64,000 bases of DNA from Octopus sinensis. Taxonomy: Eukaryota. The DNA lies in the NCBI RefSeq assembly GCF_006345805.1, contig NC_043010.1, positions 64,356,001 to 64,420,000 of the forward strand. The letters run 5' to 3'. Within the stretch, counting starts at the first letter, position 1. Each line of letters begins with the position of its first letter. This document shows, piece by piece, positions 12,672 to 25,879 of this stretch. The notes under the pieces are model-generated. The model did not search any database and was not told the origin of the DNA. It saw only the letters and a program-made list of their open reading frames with translations. Made by a program: the position numbers and the translations under genes.

Positions 12672-15456
12672 TGTAACGAGCTTAGTGAGTGTGAAAGTCT
12701 TGTCTTGTACTTTCGGGGTACAAGAAGGCAATCACTCACTAGCCGTTGCTTTAATAATCCAGATTCTCTACCAGTCAGATACAACAAGACGCAGACGTGA
12801 AATATATATAACTACTTTATTCTCTTTCTTGGTAACAATAACAATAAGTGTGTTATCTGATGTCCTTGATTCTGGGCGCGCAAGGCTGAAAGTTAATAGA
12901 TTGCAATATTTACAATGTCCAGCCGCTAAACCAGAAAGGGGTCAAGATGGCGTCGAACAGGGAAGTTGAATGTGGTCGGCAACAATTTGGTTAAAAGTCT
13001 TCGGCCAAAGGACTGCTAGAATCAGTTCGAACGGAGAGAAAATATGCCTGACCGCCGCCTTCAATCGCTGGGTCCCAAGTCGCTGCTTGCTGCTGCTAGT
13101 GGTCAAACGTTCTACAACCCCCTTGCCTCGCTAACCACCACGATAGGCAAGCGGGTCGTGCTTCCGGTGGTTCGCACATGCGCGAGAGGGCCCTTCCTTT
13201 CTCTGCCTTGGTAAAGGCACCAACACGCGTGAAATACAAATGGACGGTGCGCGAGCGCGCGCCGTTGTAGGATCACTACAGGCTCCCCTCCAGTGCGTAC
13301 GCACGAAAGGAAACTTATTGTAGTGACTGCAAAACTCAAGGTGGACACCAGATAACCAAATAGCACACAATAATATAATGGCAAAATTTATAACATACAC
13401 AAGAAATTTACTAAAGGAAAAAGAGAAAAAATACTCAATGAGCAAAAATCAAGAGTGCAGGCATGAAAGTGTATACGTCACAAAGTATAGAACCTTCCGC
13501 TGAAGGGAGCGGAAGAAAAGGCAGAACTCACAGTTATTGAACCTAAACGAAATTAAAATCAAACTTCTCTAAAGGTAGTTGATCCTGCGAAATAGCAGTT
13601 AAATCAATTGCTGCAGGAGAGGAAATGGAATTGACAGAAGCTCGCTAGTAACACAAAAGGCAAAAGTGCAAACATGCTGGTGTGATGCGCGACACAGATA
13701 ATTTTCTGTTAATTACGTGACCAAACAGTGGTCTAACAGGGAAAAATAATTACGCCTATAAATCGGCGCAGCGCATTTGAACATCCGACGTCTATGAGTC
13801 GGGAAAAGAATTAGGCTAACGCAAACGTGTTGCAAAAAACAAGGCAATACACGTGCGAAGCAAAAGGCGCATGAAATGCAATAGTGCTTGCCAGACCAAA
13901 AAACAGCAAGAATATGCCAGTGGTTGAGCGATTATATGCCTCGTTCGTACAGGAACAAAGGTATGACATGCTGGCGCGTTATAATGGACAAACAACCCTC
14001 TCTATGTATACGTGACCGACCTAGGGTCTATAGAAATGAGGGGTGTCCACAAAAGGCAAATTTAGCATGGAAAAAACAAACGAGAAAAGCATGTGTGACG
14101 TATGTATGTGAGAGAGAGCATTTATGTGTGTGTACGTGTGTGCGACAGAAATACATACAAGGTGAATGCGAGCAAAATATAAAAACAGCGCATAGAAAAA
14201 ATGTCTCTCGGGCTATTCCAGACAATGGAATTAGTTTACCAGTCTATAATAGCCTGATGCACAATAGCAGTTCGTTCTGTAACAGAAATGTTGAAATCAC
14301 AAACTGCAGATGCCGGTTGAACACATATCGTGTAACGGTTGTGGCTTCAATGCTGTGATAGGTTAACTGGAACAGAAGAAATCTCGTAGATAGTGCTGGG
14401 CTGTGAATTCTTGGTGTGCTAATGCACAAACGGCAAGTGGACCAAACTTCCGCGAGTTGCTATGTACATCTTGGTGGAGGTCGACGGTGTTGAAAGGCGA
14501 CGTTGGTGGTGGAAGGCGACTGTAGTGGACTTGGGACAACATCGTTCTTAGTGATGATGGCGACGAAGATAGCGACGAAGATAGCGACGACGTGAAGTAG
14601 ACAGACAACGATGATGATGACGAAGGTGGAGAAAAGGCATCGAATATATGATGGCATTCGTCATCATGGCTGTAGAATAAGAAAAAGGGCTCCTTCTATA
14701 ACGGTCCGAGAGGACGGAAACAAATCGTCGAAAGATGAATGCGTAGAGTTAAATCGTGTTCCGACTTCGCAGAAAAACTGGATTTTTTTTTGTTGTTGAT
14801 AAGTGATCTCTGGTTTTAGACCAGAATCACGTCGGGGGTCCACCAGTGTTAACGAACTTCGAGAGTGTGAAAGTCTTATCTTGTACTTTCGGGGTACAAG
14901 AAGGCAATCACTCACTAGCCGTTGCTTTAATAATCCAGAATCTCTGCCCGTCAGAAACAACAAGACGCAGACGTGAAATATATATAACTACTTTATTCTC
15001 TTTCTTGGTAACAATAACAATAAGTGTGTTATCTGATGTCCTTGATTCTGGGCGCGCAAGGCTGAAAGTTAATAGATTGCAATATTTACAATGTCCAGCC
15101 GCTATACCAGAAAGGGGTCAAGATGGCGTCGAACAGGGAAGTTGAATGTGGTCGGCAACAATTTGGTTAAAAGTCTTCGGCCAAAGGACTGCTAGAATCA
15201 GTTCGAACGGAGAGAAAATATGCCTGACCGCTGCCTTCAATCGCTGGGTCCCAAGTCGCCGCTTGCTGCTGCTAGTGGTCAAACGTTCTACGACCCCCTT
15301 GCATCGCTAACCACCACGATAGGCAAGCGGGTCGTGGTTCCGGTGGTTCGCGCATGCACGAGAGGGCCCTTCCTTTCTCTGCCTTGGCAAAGGCACCAAC
15401 ACGCGTGAAATACAAATGGTCGGTGCGCGATCGCGCGCCGTTGCAGGATCACTACA
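12672..15456 (-). mobile_element. Non-autonomous or internally deleted Gypsy-type LTR element
   Basis: TG..CA LTRs at 12672-13280 and 14847-15456. 4-bp TSD AACA. tRNA-Trp-like PBS (reverse complement of aatcacgtcgggggtccacca, 14825-14845). PPT (reverse complement of ggctcccctcc, 13281-13291). Empty site near 45938. No pol ORF. Confidence 0.9.
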
Positions 15457-16046
15457 AACATAACAAAGTATACTAACAAGGGGTACAGCAAGGGGTACAT
15501 CACAGGGAACAACAACTTGTGATGACAAGGGAAGTAATAACATGTATTATCAACGTTGACTACATAGTATACTAACATGGGCGAAGAACGTGTGCTAACA
15601 GGGAAGATAACAAAGAATGCAAGAGTCGCACAGCGTGTACTAAGGAGGGAGATGGCAGAAGATTGAGTGCCTGAAGACATCTAACTAATTGCTTGAAATA
15701 GTCGTCTGTCTTATACATTTTTAGATTTCTGTTGGTTAAAGTTTTTGACTTTACAAAGTTTTGGGTTGGTTGATTTATTAAGAAGCTAGTTTAGCTTGTT
15801 TAAGGTTTGATTTCGATGCAAAAAAAGTTTGGCAAATATCTTCTGTGAAAGTCCTGGTTTGATTCAAGACTTGTGAATGAAACAAACCATCTGGAAGCTT
15901 CAGGAAAACTCTGTGAAATTTGCAAGAGAATATGTTCTGTCTTCAGCTGGTGTCGACTATGATGCCAGTAATATTATGTTACTGATATTTAAAAGGCAAC
16001 AATAAATTCGTAAATTAAAATGTGTTTCTTCTGGGGTTTTTTTCAG

Positions 16047-16178
16047 CATGCTCTAGCGGCACATATGGAGATAACTGTAGTAAAACCTGTCATTGTATTG
16101 ACGACAGTTGCAACACAGTATATGGTCAGTGTGCTCATGGATGTGCAGCTGGATATCAGGGTATAGACTGTCAAGCAT
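16047..16178 (+). CDS. Exon C1, 8-Cys EGF-like module
   Basis: Acceptor tttttttcAG, donor GTGAGT, 132 nt, phase 1-1. Translates CSSGTYGDNCSKTCHCIDDSCNTVYGQCAHGCAAGYQGIDCQA; visible inside ORF 16022..16222. Confidence 0.92.
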
Positions 16179-16539
16179 GTGAGTATGAAACAACTGATTA
16201 TACCATTGGAATTATGAAGTAATTTCAAAGTGAATATATTTAGTTCAAATCACTTATGGACGAATTTTATGTTAGGACTTCACCTGCCAGAATTTATCTG
16301 GCCTTCTGTGATTGGCCTAGTGTAATTCTTTTCCTCATTTGACTGAAAATTACCCCGCCAACCTACTCTCTTGAGGATTTTCTTTTCAAGTATATTTTTT
16401 GTTTCGCTTTCTAATTTGTCCTTGCGAAATCGACTCTTTTGTTGTTCCTCTAACAATAAAAGATATTATTTGACTCAGGTTCGTTCTTATTCTTGCTAGA
16501 ATTTATGTGGGTAATGGGTTACAACCAGTAACTTTATAT

Positions 16540-19150
16540 ATCCTCAAGCTTTCGTTAATCTTTCAAGTGATGAAAACCCTTCTGATAATCTTTCCTGTCC
16601 CTTAAGGCACACTCTCTGTGGAAGCTCTTCAGGACATTCTATTCCAATCTCTTCCAACCATTCATCTATATCCTTACTCCCAGATCCTAATGCACCAATT
16701 ATTGCAGGCACAACCTTTACATATTTCATGCTCCAAATTCTCGCAATTTCAAATTTTAAAGGATTGGATTTTAAAATGTTTTTCTTCTTTCTTAACAATC
16801 CTGGAATCGAACGGACACGATGGATCAATTAGTAAGCAACTTCGCCTTTCCTTGTCTATTATTGTTATATCTGGTTTATTATTTCCTAGCTTCTTATCTG
16901 TTTGAATGGGAAAATCCCATAAAATCTTGCTTTCTCCGACTCAAGCACCCTCTCAACCCAATGGTGATACCAAGTACTTTGAGCTTCAAATCCCCATTTC
17001 TGATGAAGCGCCCAGTGAAAAACTTGCAATACTTGGTCATGTCTCCATTTCGTATATTCTGTATGAGCCAACCTGGGATATTCTGCAACAATGTGCACCA
17101 TTGTTTTATCTCAAATACCTCACACTTTACATTTTGCTGACACCTCCCCATACACATATTTTTTCAAATTATTTGTTTTTATTGCTTTATCTTCAGCTGC
17201 TTTAACAAGGCACTCTGTTTCTTTTTTTAAATGTCCTTTTGTTTTTAATGAAGCCCAGATTTTTGTTTCACGTACATCTTCAGTGGCTTTCAAATACTGA
17301 CCATGCAGAGGTTTCTTTTCAATCTGTTTATAATGCTCTCTTTGAATATCATTTTCATCTTTTCCTCCTATTTCCACATTTGACCACCTGCTCTCTATTC
17401 ACTGCCTTTAGTATTTTCTGTGTGTTGTTCTATAGTAGCCTACTATATTTTAACAGGCTTTGTCTGTGTTCTTTCAAGACCATACTTCTCATGCAATCTC
17501 TAGTGAACAAACTTAGCCCTGTTATCGTGCCTCTTTTTGTATTCCTTTTGGATTAGTTTGCTAAATTCACTCACAATATGTGAGATTATTTCGTTTTTTT
17601 GATGCCATAAACCCACAAAGGAGCGATTCACTGTTCTTGTCTATTTGGACCTTGGAGTAATTATTTCTCAGGGTTTGTTCCTGGGTACTACATATCAATG
17701 CCTATGTGCATCTCTGCTGTTCCACTGGCAGCTTGTCAGTTATTTTCAGCATGTCTTACGCACAGTTAGTTACATTCCTGACATCAACTTCCAAATCAGT
17801 AGTAAGTAGGAGAATGGCCGGTAATTTTCCACTGCATTACATTTACTGGAGTCCTTTTTGGTAAAGAGCTGTTTTCCCTGTGGTAATGCATTTTGGGATT
17901 TATACCCTGTTGTTGATCATTTTATCCATTTGCATATCTATTCTTTTGTATAATTCTGGGAAATTTTCCAGCCATTACCTTTGAACCCCATCCGGGCCAG
18001 GACACTTCCAGTTTGAGATCATTGTTGTCTTCTCGGTCACATTTCAGTTGATATTCGTATACTGCTCTGTTCCATTTAAATTTTCTCGGATCTTAATTCC
18101 TTCAAGCATCTTTCTGATGATTTCTTCCATTATCTCAGATGTTACTCTAAAAACTCCTACTTTCTTCAGCGTTCGGTTTCTCATTGCTGCTAACCTCTCC
18201 ATCTGCTGATAAACCATTTTCTGATCTGGCTGGAACAATATATTGATTTTATGTTGTAAAATTCTGTGGTCAGATCCCTTGATTTTTGTATATCTGCAGG
18301 GCTACATTCAATCCCTTTTTCGTGATACTAAACCTACGTTCTAGTTTTGATATTTCTCCTATTTGATTTCACCTTGTTTCTTTCTTTTCAGAGTGTTGAT
18401 ATGCTTTCGTGATTCATTCATTGATTACATTATCCTTCTTTTCTTCCAAGGCTCTTTTGTCTCATTTCCTCTTTTACAATTTGGTTTGAGGGTTACTTTT
18501 CTTCTTATATAGATGATACTAGTTTTAACCAATCTACCTGTAGCATTTATATTATCTTTCTTAGTTACTTTCAGTATTTTATTCATCTTCCGAGTCAATC
18601 CGCTGAGCAAAATTATACCACTTTCTTGAATTCATTTACTTCTATGTTCAAATTTTTCTGAATGATACTAGTGATATCTTCAATCATTACTCTATCCTCG
18701 TCGCTCAATCCTTCGATATTCTCAAAACTTAAGTCAGCACCATTCTCCAGAGCAACTTCATTCAATACAACTCATCAACATTTTCTGTAACAATACAACT
18801 TCACTCACAGTGTTTTTGATCGTCCCCGTCTTCTTAATCTCATCAAATTCTAATGCTGTTAACCATTCTTTCTTCCTTATTATCCTTGCTTGGTCATGTA
18901 GACTCTCTCTGAAATATCTAAGTTGAGCATCTCCATCCAAATGCCACGCATTCTCTTTCTGTATCCTTTTATAGGTTTCCCTTCATCATCAACAGGTCTG
19001 CTAAAAAAATAACATTCTATGGCAGCTATTTTCATCACCTTAGACCATTTTGTCCTGGCAAACATATAATGACGACCGGGCCTGTGCTACTCACCCACAA
19101 GGCAAGAGCCCGTCACCTGAAGTTTCGTCCACATTTACGCCGTTGTTTGT
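16540..19150 (-). mobile_element. Heavily decayed R4/Dong-like LINE (only its 3' end survives in the paralog, about 46990-47336)
   Basis: Minus-strand fragments KPLHGQY, LKKETECL..AAEDKAIKT, YTKWRHDQV, VVPAIIGALG and an N-terminal ECYFFSRPV. Confidence 0.8.
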
Positions 19151-20483
19151 ATTAATACTTTTATCCATTACTCTCATACAAAGGAAAGTGATTTAACAAC
19201 CACCAGTATTTTCATTCGAGACACTTTCTCTAGAGGGTTTGTATCAGAATGTAACGACGGGTGAAATACTATTAAGCATTTCGTCCAACGTGCTAACGAT
19301 TTTACCAGCTAGCCACCTTAACAAAAATTCCCAGGAGTGAAAATGTCAAATATAAAAATATAAAACATTGGAATGAACAAGAATGACACTAAACACTGTA
19401 CACGAGGGTAGATGTGGACTATCAGAGCCTTGACTAGCAACTCACCTAGTGATGGTGTCACAATAAAAATACTGGTGGTTGCACAATCTTACAAATAGTA
19501 CCTCTAAATGAGTGATGTCAAATTTAAATAATAACCACAACTGCACTAACAGGACTGGAACTGTAAATGGTAAAGATGTCGCGCTCGGCAGGCAGGGAGT
19601 ATCTGGTCAAGTTCTGGCTGATCGTCATCAAGCTATTGATCAGGACCAAAGTCGCAGTCAAAAGTGCAAAATAAAAAGAATGAAATGGGGGAAAAGAAGT
19701 AAACTAAATAGTAATCGAATACTGGCTGAGAAGTGAGCCAAATAAAAGAGGCTTCATGAATCAAATGAAGAGAATATGGGATGAAGAAAGGAGGCTTTGA
19801 AGCATCCGCCCTGTGACTGATAGACTAAACAAGAGTAATATGTGGGGACGACTGGGTTATGGCAGTAGAGATTGAAGAAATTCAGAGAAACATAATAATA
19901 AATTAGCAGAAGGAGAGTGAAACAACGGTAGCAGAGAGCGGTAATGAAAGGGTAAAACATGAAGAATATGAAACGGATGGAAGAATTGACACAAAAAAAG
20001 CAGCCAAATTGAAAAAAAAAATGATGATAAATGCAAAGGTTTCGAACGGCATAGACTGTTCCAATAAAATAGAAGGTGTCTATATGAGGAAACAGAGGGA
20101 CACCAACACTAAGAACTGATTTGAGATGCGGAAGAAAGTAAAGAATTTGGAGGAAGACTGTAGAAGAAGCCGGCGAGATATAAAGAAAGCGCGGAGTGGC
20201 TAACAAAAGTAGAAAGGGTGTTTTGTTCAACATCCTTAAACAACCTTTATTCAGATACCTTTTGAGTGGGATGGGTTACTCGACCAGTAGAAAATTCTAA
20301 CTGTGCCCCACCTGCAAGGTCATGCGCTGTTTATCTTGATATGAGATCACCATGTTGCGCACATATAGTTGGAATGCATGTGCCTGGTGTACCCTTATCA
20401 GACGGGTAGTCATGAGGGGCATACTGGGCTTCGTATATTTTACCCCAGTGTCACTTTGATGGCATGCACTGCTCTTTCACTCA

Positions 20484-20675
20484 ATAATAATAATAATAAT
20501 GATAATTATAATAATAATAATAATAGTAGTAGTAATAATAATAATAATAATAATAATGATAATTATAATCATAATAATAATAGTAGTAGTAGTAGTAATA
20601 ATAATAATAATAATATTAGTGATGATGATGATAATAATAATAATAATAATAATAATAGTAATAATAATAATAATA
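20484..20675. repeat. Compound (TAA/TAG/TGA)n microsatellite
   Basis: Directly visible; paralog at about 48937-49150. Confidence 0.95.
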
Positions 20676-21197
20676 AATGCCCTGATGCAGTACCAGGCAG
20701 TGGCTCTCATGGCTTCTGATCTTAACTGATTGGAAGTGTTATCATGTACATTGTTTTGTCTTGGTATAAAAGATGGGCTACAGCAAATATTCTGCTCAAT
20801 ACCACAGATTTGCTTGTCAGTTGTTTGACCTTAACCAGTTGAGCATGTCCCTTAGTGGCTGACGATATGTGCATCTCTGATCACGAGCAGAAGTAGTGGG
20901 GGAGCATCATAGCCATGTGTTGAGAGGGATTCTTTGGGGTTTGAATAATTCACCTCTGGAAACATGGGTGGTTCTTTCAACATCCTTAAACAACCCTTAT
21001 TCAGGGACCTTTTGAGCGGGATGGGTTACTCAACCTGAAGAAAATTCTAACTGGGCCCCACCTGCAAGGTCATGTGCTGTTTATCTTGATATGAGATCAC
21101 CATGTCGCGCACATATGGTTGTGATGCATGTGCCTAGTGTACCCTTCGTATATTTTACCCCAGTGTCACTTTGATGGCATGCACTGCTCTCTCACTC
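20676..21197. mobile_element. About 520-bp non-coding interspersed repeat between (TAA)n tracts; truncated relatives at about 20225-20483 and 48692-48936
   Basis: Its last 230 nt or so match 20225-20483. It is flanked by TAA runs on both sides and the long copy is absent from the paralogous unit. Confidence 0.6.
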
Positions 21198-21229
<32 letters not shown>

Positions 21230-21244
21230 AAATTGACAGGAAAA

Positions 21245-24200
21245 CGAAAAAACAACAGTAACTGAAGATCTCGCATTTGCTGAAGAACACAGAGAGTCTA
21301 TGGCAGAAATGAGGCAGAAAATCCTGAATACGCTTGAAGTTGTAAGACATACAAGTATGAATGATAGAGAACCACTTCATAAACTCTCAAACACAAACCA
21401 AAATAAAAAACAAATCCAAATTGGCAACTATGTAACAAATGAAATAATACGAGAATTAAAACCTGATTTTACTGAGTTAAATGTAATTATTTACGCTTCT
21501 ACTAGGGCAATTGAAACCAGCTGTATGCCCCCGAAAAAACAAAGAAAACCAAACCTGGGAAGAAATCAAACCTGGAGAAGTAAAATTGAAAAAGAGATTG
21601 AATTTATGAGAGGGGAAATATCAATATTAAATGAACTAATATGTGGAAATGATGTAAGATCCAGAACAGGAAGAAAGATGAAGAGAAAATTTGGATCCTC
21701 ACCAAGAGAAGAACTGATATCAATAAAAGAAACGCTGAAACAAAAAGTCCGAGCAAAAGCCCAAAGAATACGAAGATTTGAGAAGAGAAACAAGTTTTAC
21801 AAGCAAAATAAGCTGTTCACATCCAATGCCAAAAAATTCTACAGAGAAATAAGGAAGGAGAAAGCAACCGTTAAAGACCCCCCTCCCATGGAAGAAGTTC
21901 AAAACTTTTGGAAAAGGATTTGGAGTGACAAGAAGACGTACAACATAAATGCAGACTGGATTATACAAACTGAAGGATCCTACCAAAATTTACAACAAGC
22001 ATGGGAAGACATCACAATAGCAGACCTAAGAAAGGGACTCACGAAGGCCCATAATTGGAAATCCCCCGGTAAAGATAGGGTGCCGAATTTCTGGCTCGCA
22101 TCGCTCCCATGCGCACACGGTAAGCTAGTTCAGCTGCTCAATGGAATTATGAGAGACCCAAAGAAAACACCTGAATGGTTAGCAAGTGGCATTACTTACC
22201 TACTCCCAAAGAATAACGAAACCAACCTTCCAAAAAACTATCGGCCTATAACCTGTCTATCCACCACGTATAAAATCCTAACATCTATCCTGGCGGAGAA
22301 AACATATGCATTCATGGAGAAGAACGATATTTTCCCCATTGAACAAAAAGGGTGCCGCCGAGGCTCTTACGGATGCAAAGATCAACTGCTAATCAATCAT
22401 ATGATCCTTGAGAACTGTCACAACAAGCGCAGAAATCTCAGCACCGCATGGATTGACAACAAAAAGGCCTTCGACAGTATACCGCATCCATGGATCTTGA
22501 GATCGCTGGACATCTTCAAAATTTCCCCTGTGATTTCAAACTTCCTGAAGCACAATATGTCGTTGTGGAATACGAATCTCCAATTATACCACTCTAATGG
22601 AGTACTTGCCTCAGAAAATATAAACATCAACTGTGGAATTTTTCAAGGTGACTCACTTTCACCTTTAATATTCTGCATAGCCCTAATACCCCTTATAAGT
22701 GAATTAAACAGAACAGGGTATGGGTATAAAATTGCCAATAAAAAAATAAGCCATCTATTTTATATGGATGACTTAAAACTTTATGGTAAAGACAATAATG
22801 AACTTGAAGGCCTATTGCGCACCGTGAAAGCATTCAGCGATGACATCGGGATGGAGTTTGGACTTGAGAAGTGTGCCAAGGCCACTTTCCAGAAAGGGAA
22901 AGTGAAGACCACAAATTCAGTCGTGTTAGATGTTGACACAGTCATAAGAGAGCTTGAGCAAGAACAAACATACAAATATTTAGGGATAAACGAAGGCTTT
23001 GGTATTCAGCATGCAAGCATGAAAGAGAAAATCAGGAAGGAATGTTATAGGAGAGTTCGTGCAGTCCTGAAATCTGAACTAAATGCACGTAACAAGGTGT
23101 TAGCTATAAATTCCTTAGCAGTTCCAGTTGTTACTTATAGCTACAATGTGTTGAACTGGAATATGAGTGAAGTAAAGAATATAGATAGAAAAATACGCAA
23201 GCTGCTGAGTTGTAATAGGATGCACCACCCAAAGGCAGACGTAGATCGCCTTTACCTTCCCAGACCCCAAGGAGGTCGAGGCCTGATCCAATTTGAACTA
23301 GCTTACAAAACAACCACAATTGGACTGGCCAAATATCTCGAAATATCGAATGACTGGATGCTAAAGCTCGTGGAAAATCACGAGAGACGAAAGAAGCTTC
23401 ATTCTATCATAAAGGAAAGCAAAAAATTTGCTATTGATCTCGTGCAGGATACCCAAACTGAACAACCTGAGGGAAGTACGGCAACTATTGTTGCAAAGAA
23501 GGTGAAAATGATAGCAATGAAAAAAGCGCACGAGCAATTAGCTGATAGGTGCGAGGAGAAACCTCTGCACGGCAAATATGTGACCCGCAGCAAACAAGCT
23601 GATGTTGACCAGAAGCAAACCCATCAGTGGCTACAGAGCTCAGGGCTAAAAGCAGAGAGCGAAGGTTTCATCCTGGCTGCTCAAGATCAAAGCCTATTAA
23701 CCCGGAACTACCAGGCCAATGTGATGAAAAATGGTGCAGACCCAAAATGCCGATTCTGCAACGACATGATTGAAACAGTGAACCACCTAATCTCTGGATG
23801 TAAAGTCTTAGCACCAGTGGAGTATAAATTAAGACATGACAGAGTTGGCCAATATCTCCACAGGCTAATAAGTCGGCATTACAATATGAAAACTGCCGAC
23901 AAGTGGTATAATCACCACCCTGAGGCTGTAACCGAAGGAGAAAATGTAACCATTCTGTGGGACTTTCCAGTACATGCAGACCGAACCATCAAGGCCAATA
24001 AACCAGATATTGTTGTGAAAGACCAAAACAATAAAGTTTGCTTATTGATCGACATGAGCATCCCCTGTGATCATAATATCTCAGCGAAAGAGTTTGACAA
24101 GCTCAGAAAATATAAAGACCTACTCATTGAAATTGAGAAAATGTGGCATCTCAAGGCGGTTACAATACCAGTGATCGTAGGAGCACTAGGAATGATCAAG

Positions 24201-24489
24201 AAGGGAACCGAAAATTATATGAGAATGATCCCTGGCTTACCATCCCTGCAAGCAGTGCAAAAGATTGTCTTAACTGGTACATCACACGTATTGAGAAGAG
24301 CATTGTCGATGTGAGAACTGTTGCTGCTCATGTATTTTAATTTAGCTTTAAAAAAAAAAAAAAAAAAAAAACCAACTACTGAGTTTGGTTTAATGGCCTA
24401 CCAAAGTATACTATGAGTTTCTTTGCCCTAGGAGTCGGGAAGACACTCGGCAAGAAATGGAAGCAAATTTGAAAGAAGAAAAAAAAAGT
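21245..24489 (+). mobile_element. Young, probably 5'-truncated Dong/R4-like (RLE clade) non-LTR retrotransposon
   Basis: Single long ORF, 3' UTR and an A-rich end followed by (TAA)n. Flanked by duplicated (TAA)n-GAAAATTGACAGGAAAA. Absent at the paralogous site near 49150. Confidence 0.9.
21300..24314 (+). CDS. Reverse transcriptase plus CCHC finger plus restriction-like endonuclease, 1004 aa uninterrupted
   Basis: Motifs NYRPITCL, GIFQGDSLSP, FYMDD, CRFC..ETVNHLISGC, RHD and KPDIVV..LIDMSIP..K..KY (PD-(D/E)xK-type). Confidence 0.93.
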   Translation: MAEMRQKILNTLEVVRHTSMNDREPLHKLSNTNQNKKQIQIGNYVTNEIIRELKPDFTELNVIIYASTRAIETSCMPPKKQRKPNLGRNQTWRSKIEKEIEFMRGEISILNELICGNDVRSRTGRKMKRKFGSSPREELISIKETLKQKVRAKAQRIRRFEKRNKFYKQNKLFTSNAKKFYREIRKEKATVKDPPPMEEVQNFWKRIWSDKKTYNINADWIIQTEGSYQNLQQAWEDITIADLRKGLTKAHNWKSPGKDRVPNFWLASLPCAHGKLVQLLNGIMRDPKKTPEWLASGITYLLPKNNETNLPKNYRPITCLSTTYKILTSILAEKTYAFMEKNDIFPIEQKGCRRGSYGCKDQLLINHMILENCHNKRRNLSTAWIDNKKAFDSIPHPWILRSLDIFKISPVISNFLKHNMSLWNTNLQLYHSNGVLASENININCGIFQGDSLSPLIFCIALIPLISELNRTGYGYKIANKKISHLFYMDDLKLYGKDNNELEGLLRTVKAFSDDIGMEFGLEKCAKATFQKGKVKTTNSVVLDVDTVIRELEQEQTYKYLGINEGFGIQHASMKEKIRKECYRRVRAVLKSELNARNKVLAINSLAVPVVTYSYNVLNWNMSEVKNIDRKIRKLLSCNRMHHPKADVDRLYLPRPQGGRGLIQFELAYKTTTIGLAKYLEISNDWMLKLVENHERRKKLHSIIKESKKFAIDLVQDTQTEQPEGSTATIVAKKVKMIAMKKAHEQLADRCEEKPLHGKYVTRSKQADVDQKQTHQWLQSSGLKAESEGFILAAQDQSLLTRNYQANVMKNGADPKCRFCNDMIETVNHLISGCKVLAPVEYKLRHDRVGQYLHRLISRHYNMKTADKWYNHHPEAVTEGENVTILWDFPVHADRTIKANKPDIVVKDQNNKVCLLIDMSIPCDHNISAKEFDKLRKYKDLLIEIEKMWHLKAVTIPVIVGALGMIKKGTENYMRMIPGLPSLQAVQKIVLTGTSHVLRRALSM

Positions 24490-24516
24490 AACAATAATAA
24501 TAATAATAATAATAAT

Positions 24517-25822
24517 GAAAATTGACAGGAAAATCCGCAAGCTACTGACTTGTAATAAGATGCACCATCCAAAGGCAGACGTGGATCGCCTTTACCTTCC
24601 CAGAGCTCAGGGTGGTCGAAGTTTGATCCAGCTTGAACTTACATACAAAACCACCACAATCGGATTGGCCAAATACCTTGAAGCAACCAACGATTGGATG
24701 CTAAAACTTGTTGAAAAACATGAAAGGCCTAAAAAACTTCACTCTATTCTCAAAGAGAGCAAAAAATTCGCTGCTGATCTCTTAGATACCCACCAGATTG
24801 AGCAGGCTGAAGGAAATGCACCAACTACAGCTGCAAAGAAAATAAAATTAATTGCAAAGACAAAAGCACATGAAAATTTAGCTAGCAGATGGGAACAGAA
24901 ACCTTTCCATGGCAAGTATGTGGCCCGTAGCAAACAAGCTGATGTCCACCAGAAATACACGCACCAATGGTTACGAAGTTCAGGGCTAAAAGCAGAGAGT
25001 GAAGGTTTCATATTAGCTGCTGAGACCAAAGCTTTTTTACCTGGAACTACCAAGCCAAAGTGATGAAAAATGGAGCTGACCCAAAATGCCGATTCTGTAA
25101 CGATGAGATTGAAACAATAGACCACCTAATCTCAGGGTGTAGAGTCTTAGCACCTGCAGAATATAAAGCAAGACATGACAGAGTAGGCCAGTATTTACAC
25201 TGGACAATATGTCAGCATTACAAAATCAAAACCGCTGACAAATGGTAAAACATCATCCTGAAGCTGTGACTGAGGGAGAAAATGTGTCGATTCTGTGGGA
25301 CTTCCCCGTGCAGACCGACAGGACTATAAAAGCTAATAAACCGGATATCATTATAAAAGATCAGACAAAAAGGATGTGTTTAGTAATTGACATGAGTATT
25401 CCCTGTGATCACAATATAGCGGCGAAAGAATTTGACAAGATTAGTAAATATAAAGACCTGCTAATGGAAATTGAAAAAATGTGGCATCTCAAGACGACTA
25501 CAGTACCAGTGATTGTAGGATCTCTAGGAATGATTAAAAAAGGTACTGAAACCTATTTGAAAATGATTCCAGGCTTACCATCCCTACAGGAAGTGCAAAA
25601 AATTGTATTAACTGGAACGGCTTATCTACTGAGAAGAGCACTATCGTTGTGAAAATAACATCCATCCATGAATTTATTTATTTATTAATTTTTAAATACA
25701 TATTTTATCTGTGAATTTGCACATGTAATCTGGGAATGCATATAATGCCCTTCTCTGCCCTAGGTGTATGGAAAACACTCGGCGAGAAACAAAAGAAAAT
25801 TTGAAGAAAGAAGGAAAAAAGC

Positions 25823-25823
<1 letters not shown>
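24517..25823 (+). mobile_element. Older 5'-truncated Dong/R4-like copy, frameshifted (paralog at about 49151-50457)
   Basis: ORFs 24515..25652 match the C-terminal third of the 1004-aa protein and are followed by (TAA)n. Confidence 0.9.

Positions 25824-25879
<56 letters not shown>

Noticed and set aside
20369-20729. Poly-Asn and poly-Ile ORFs, and similar low-complexity ORFs at 2434-2743, 25692-26019, 31184-31456 and 38780-39298
   Set aside because: They are translations of microsatellites, not genes.
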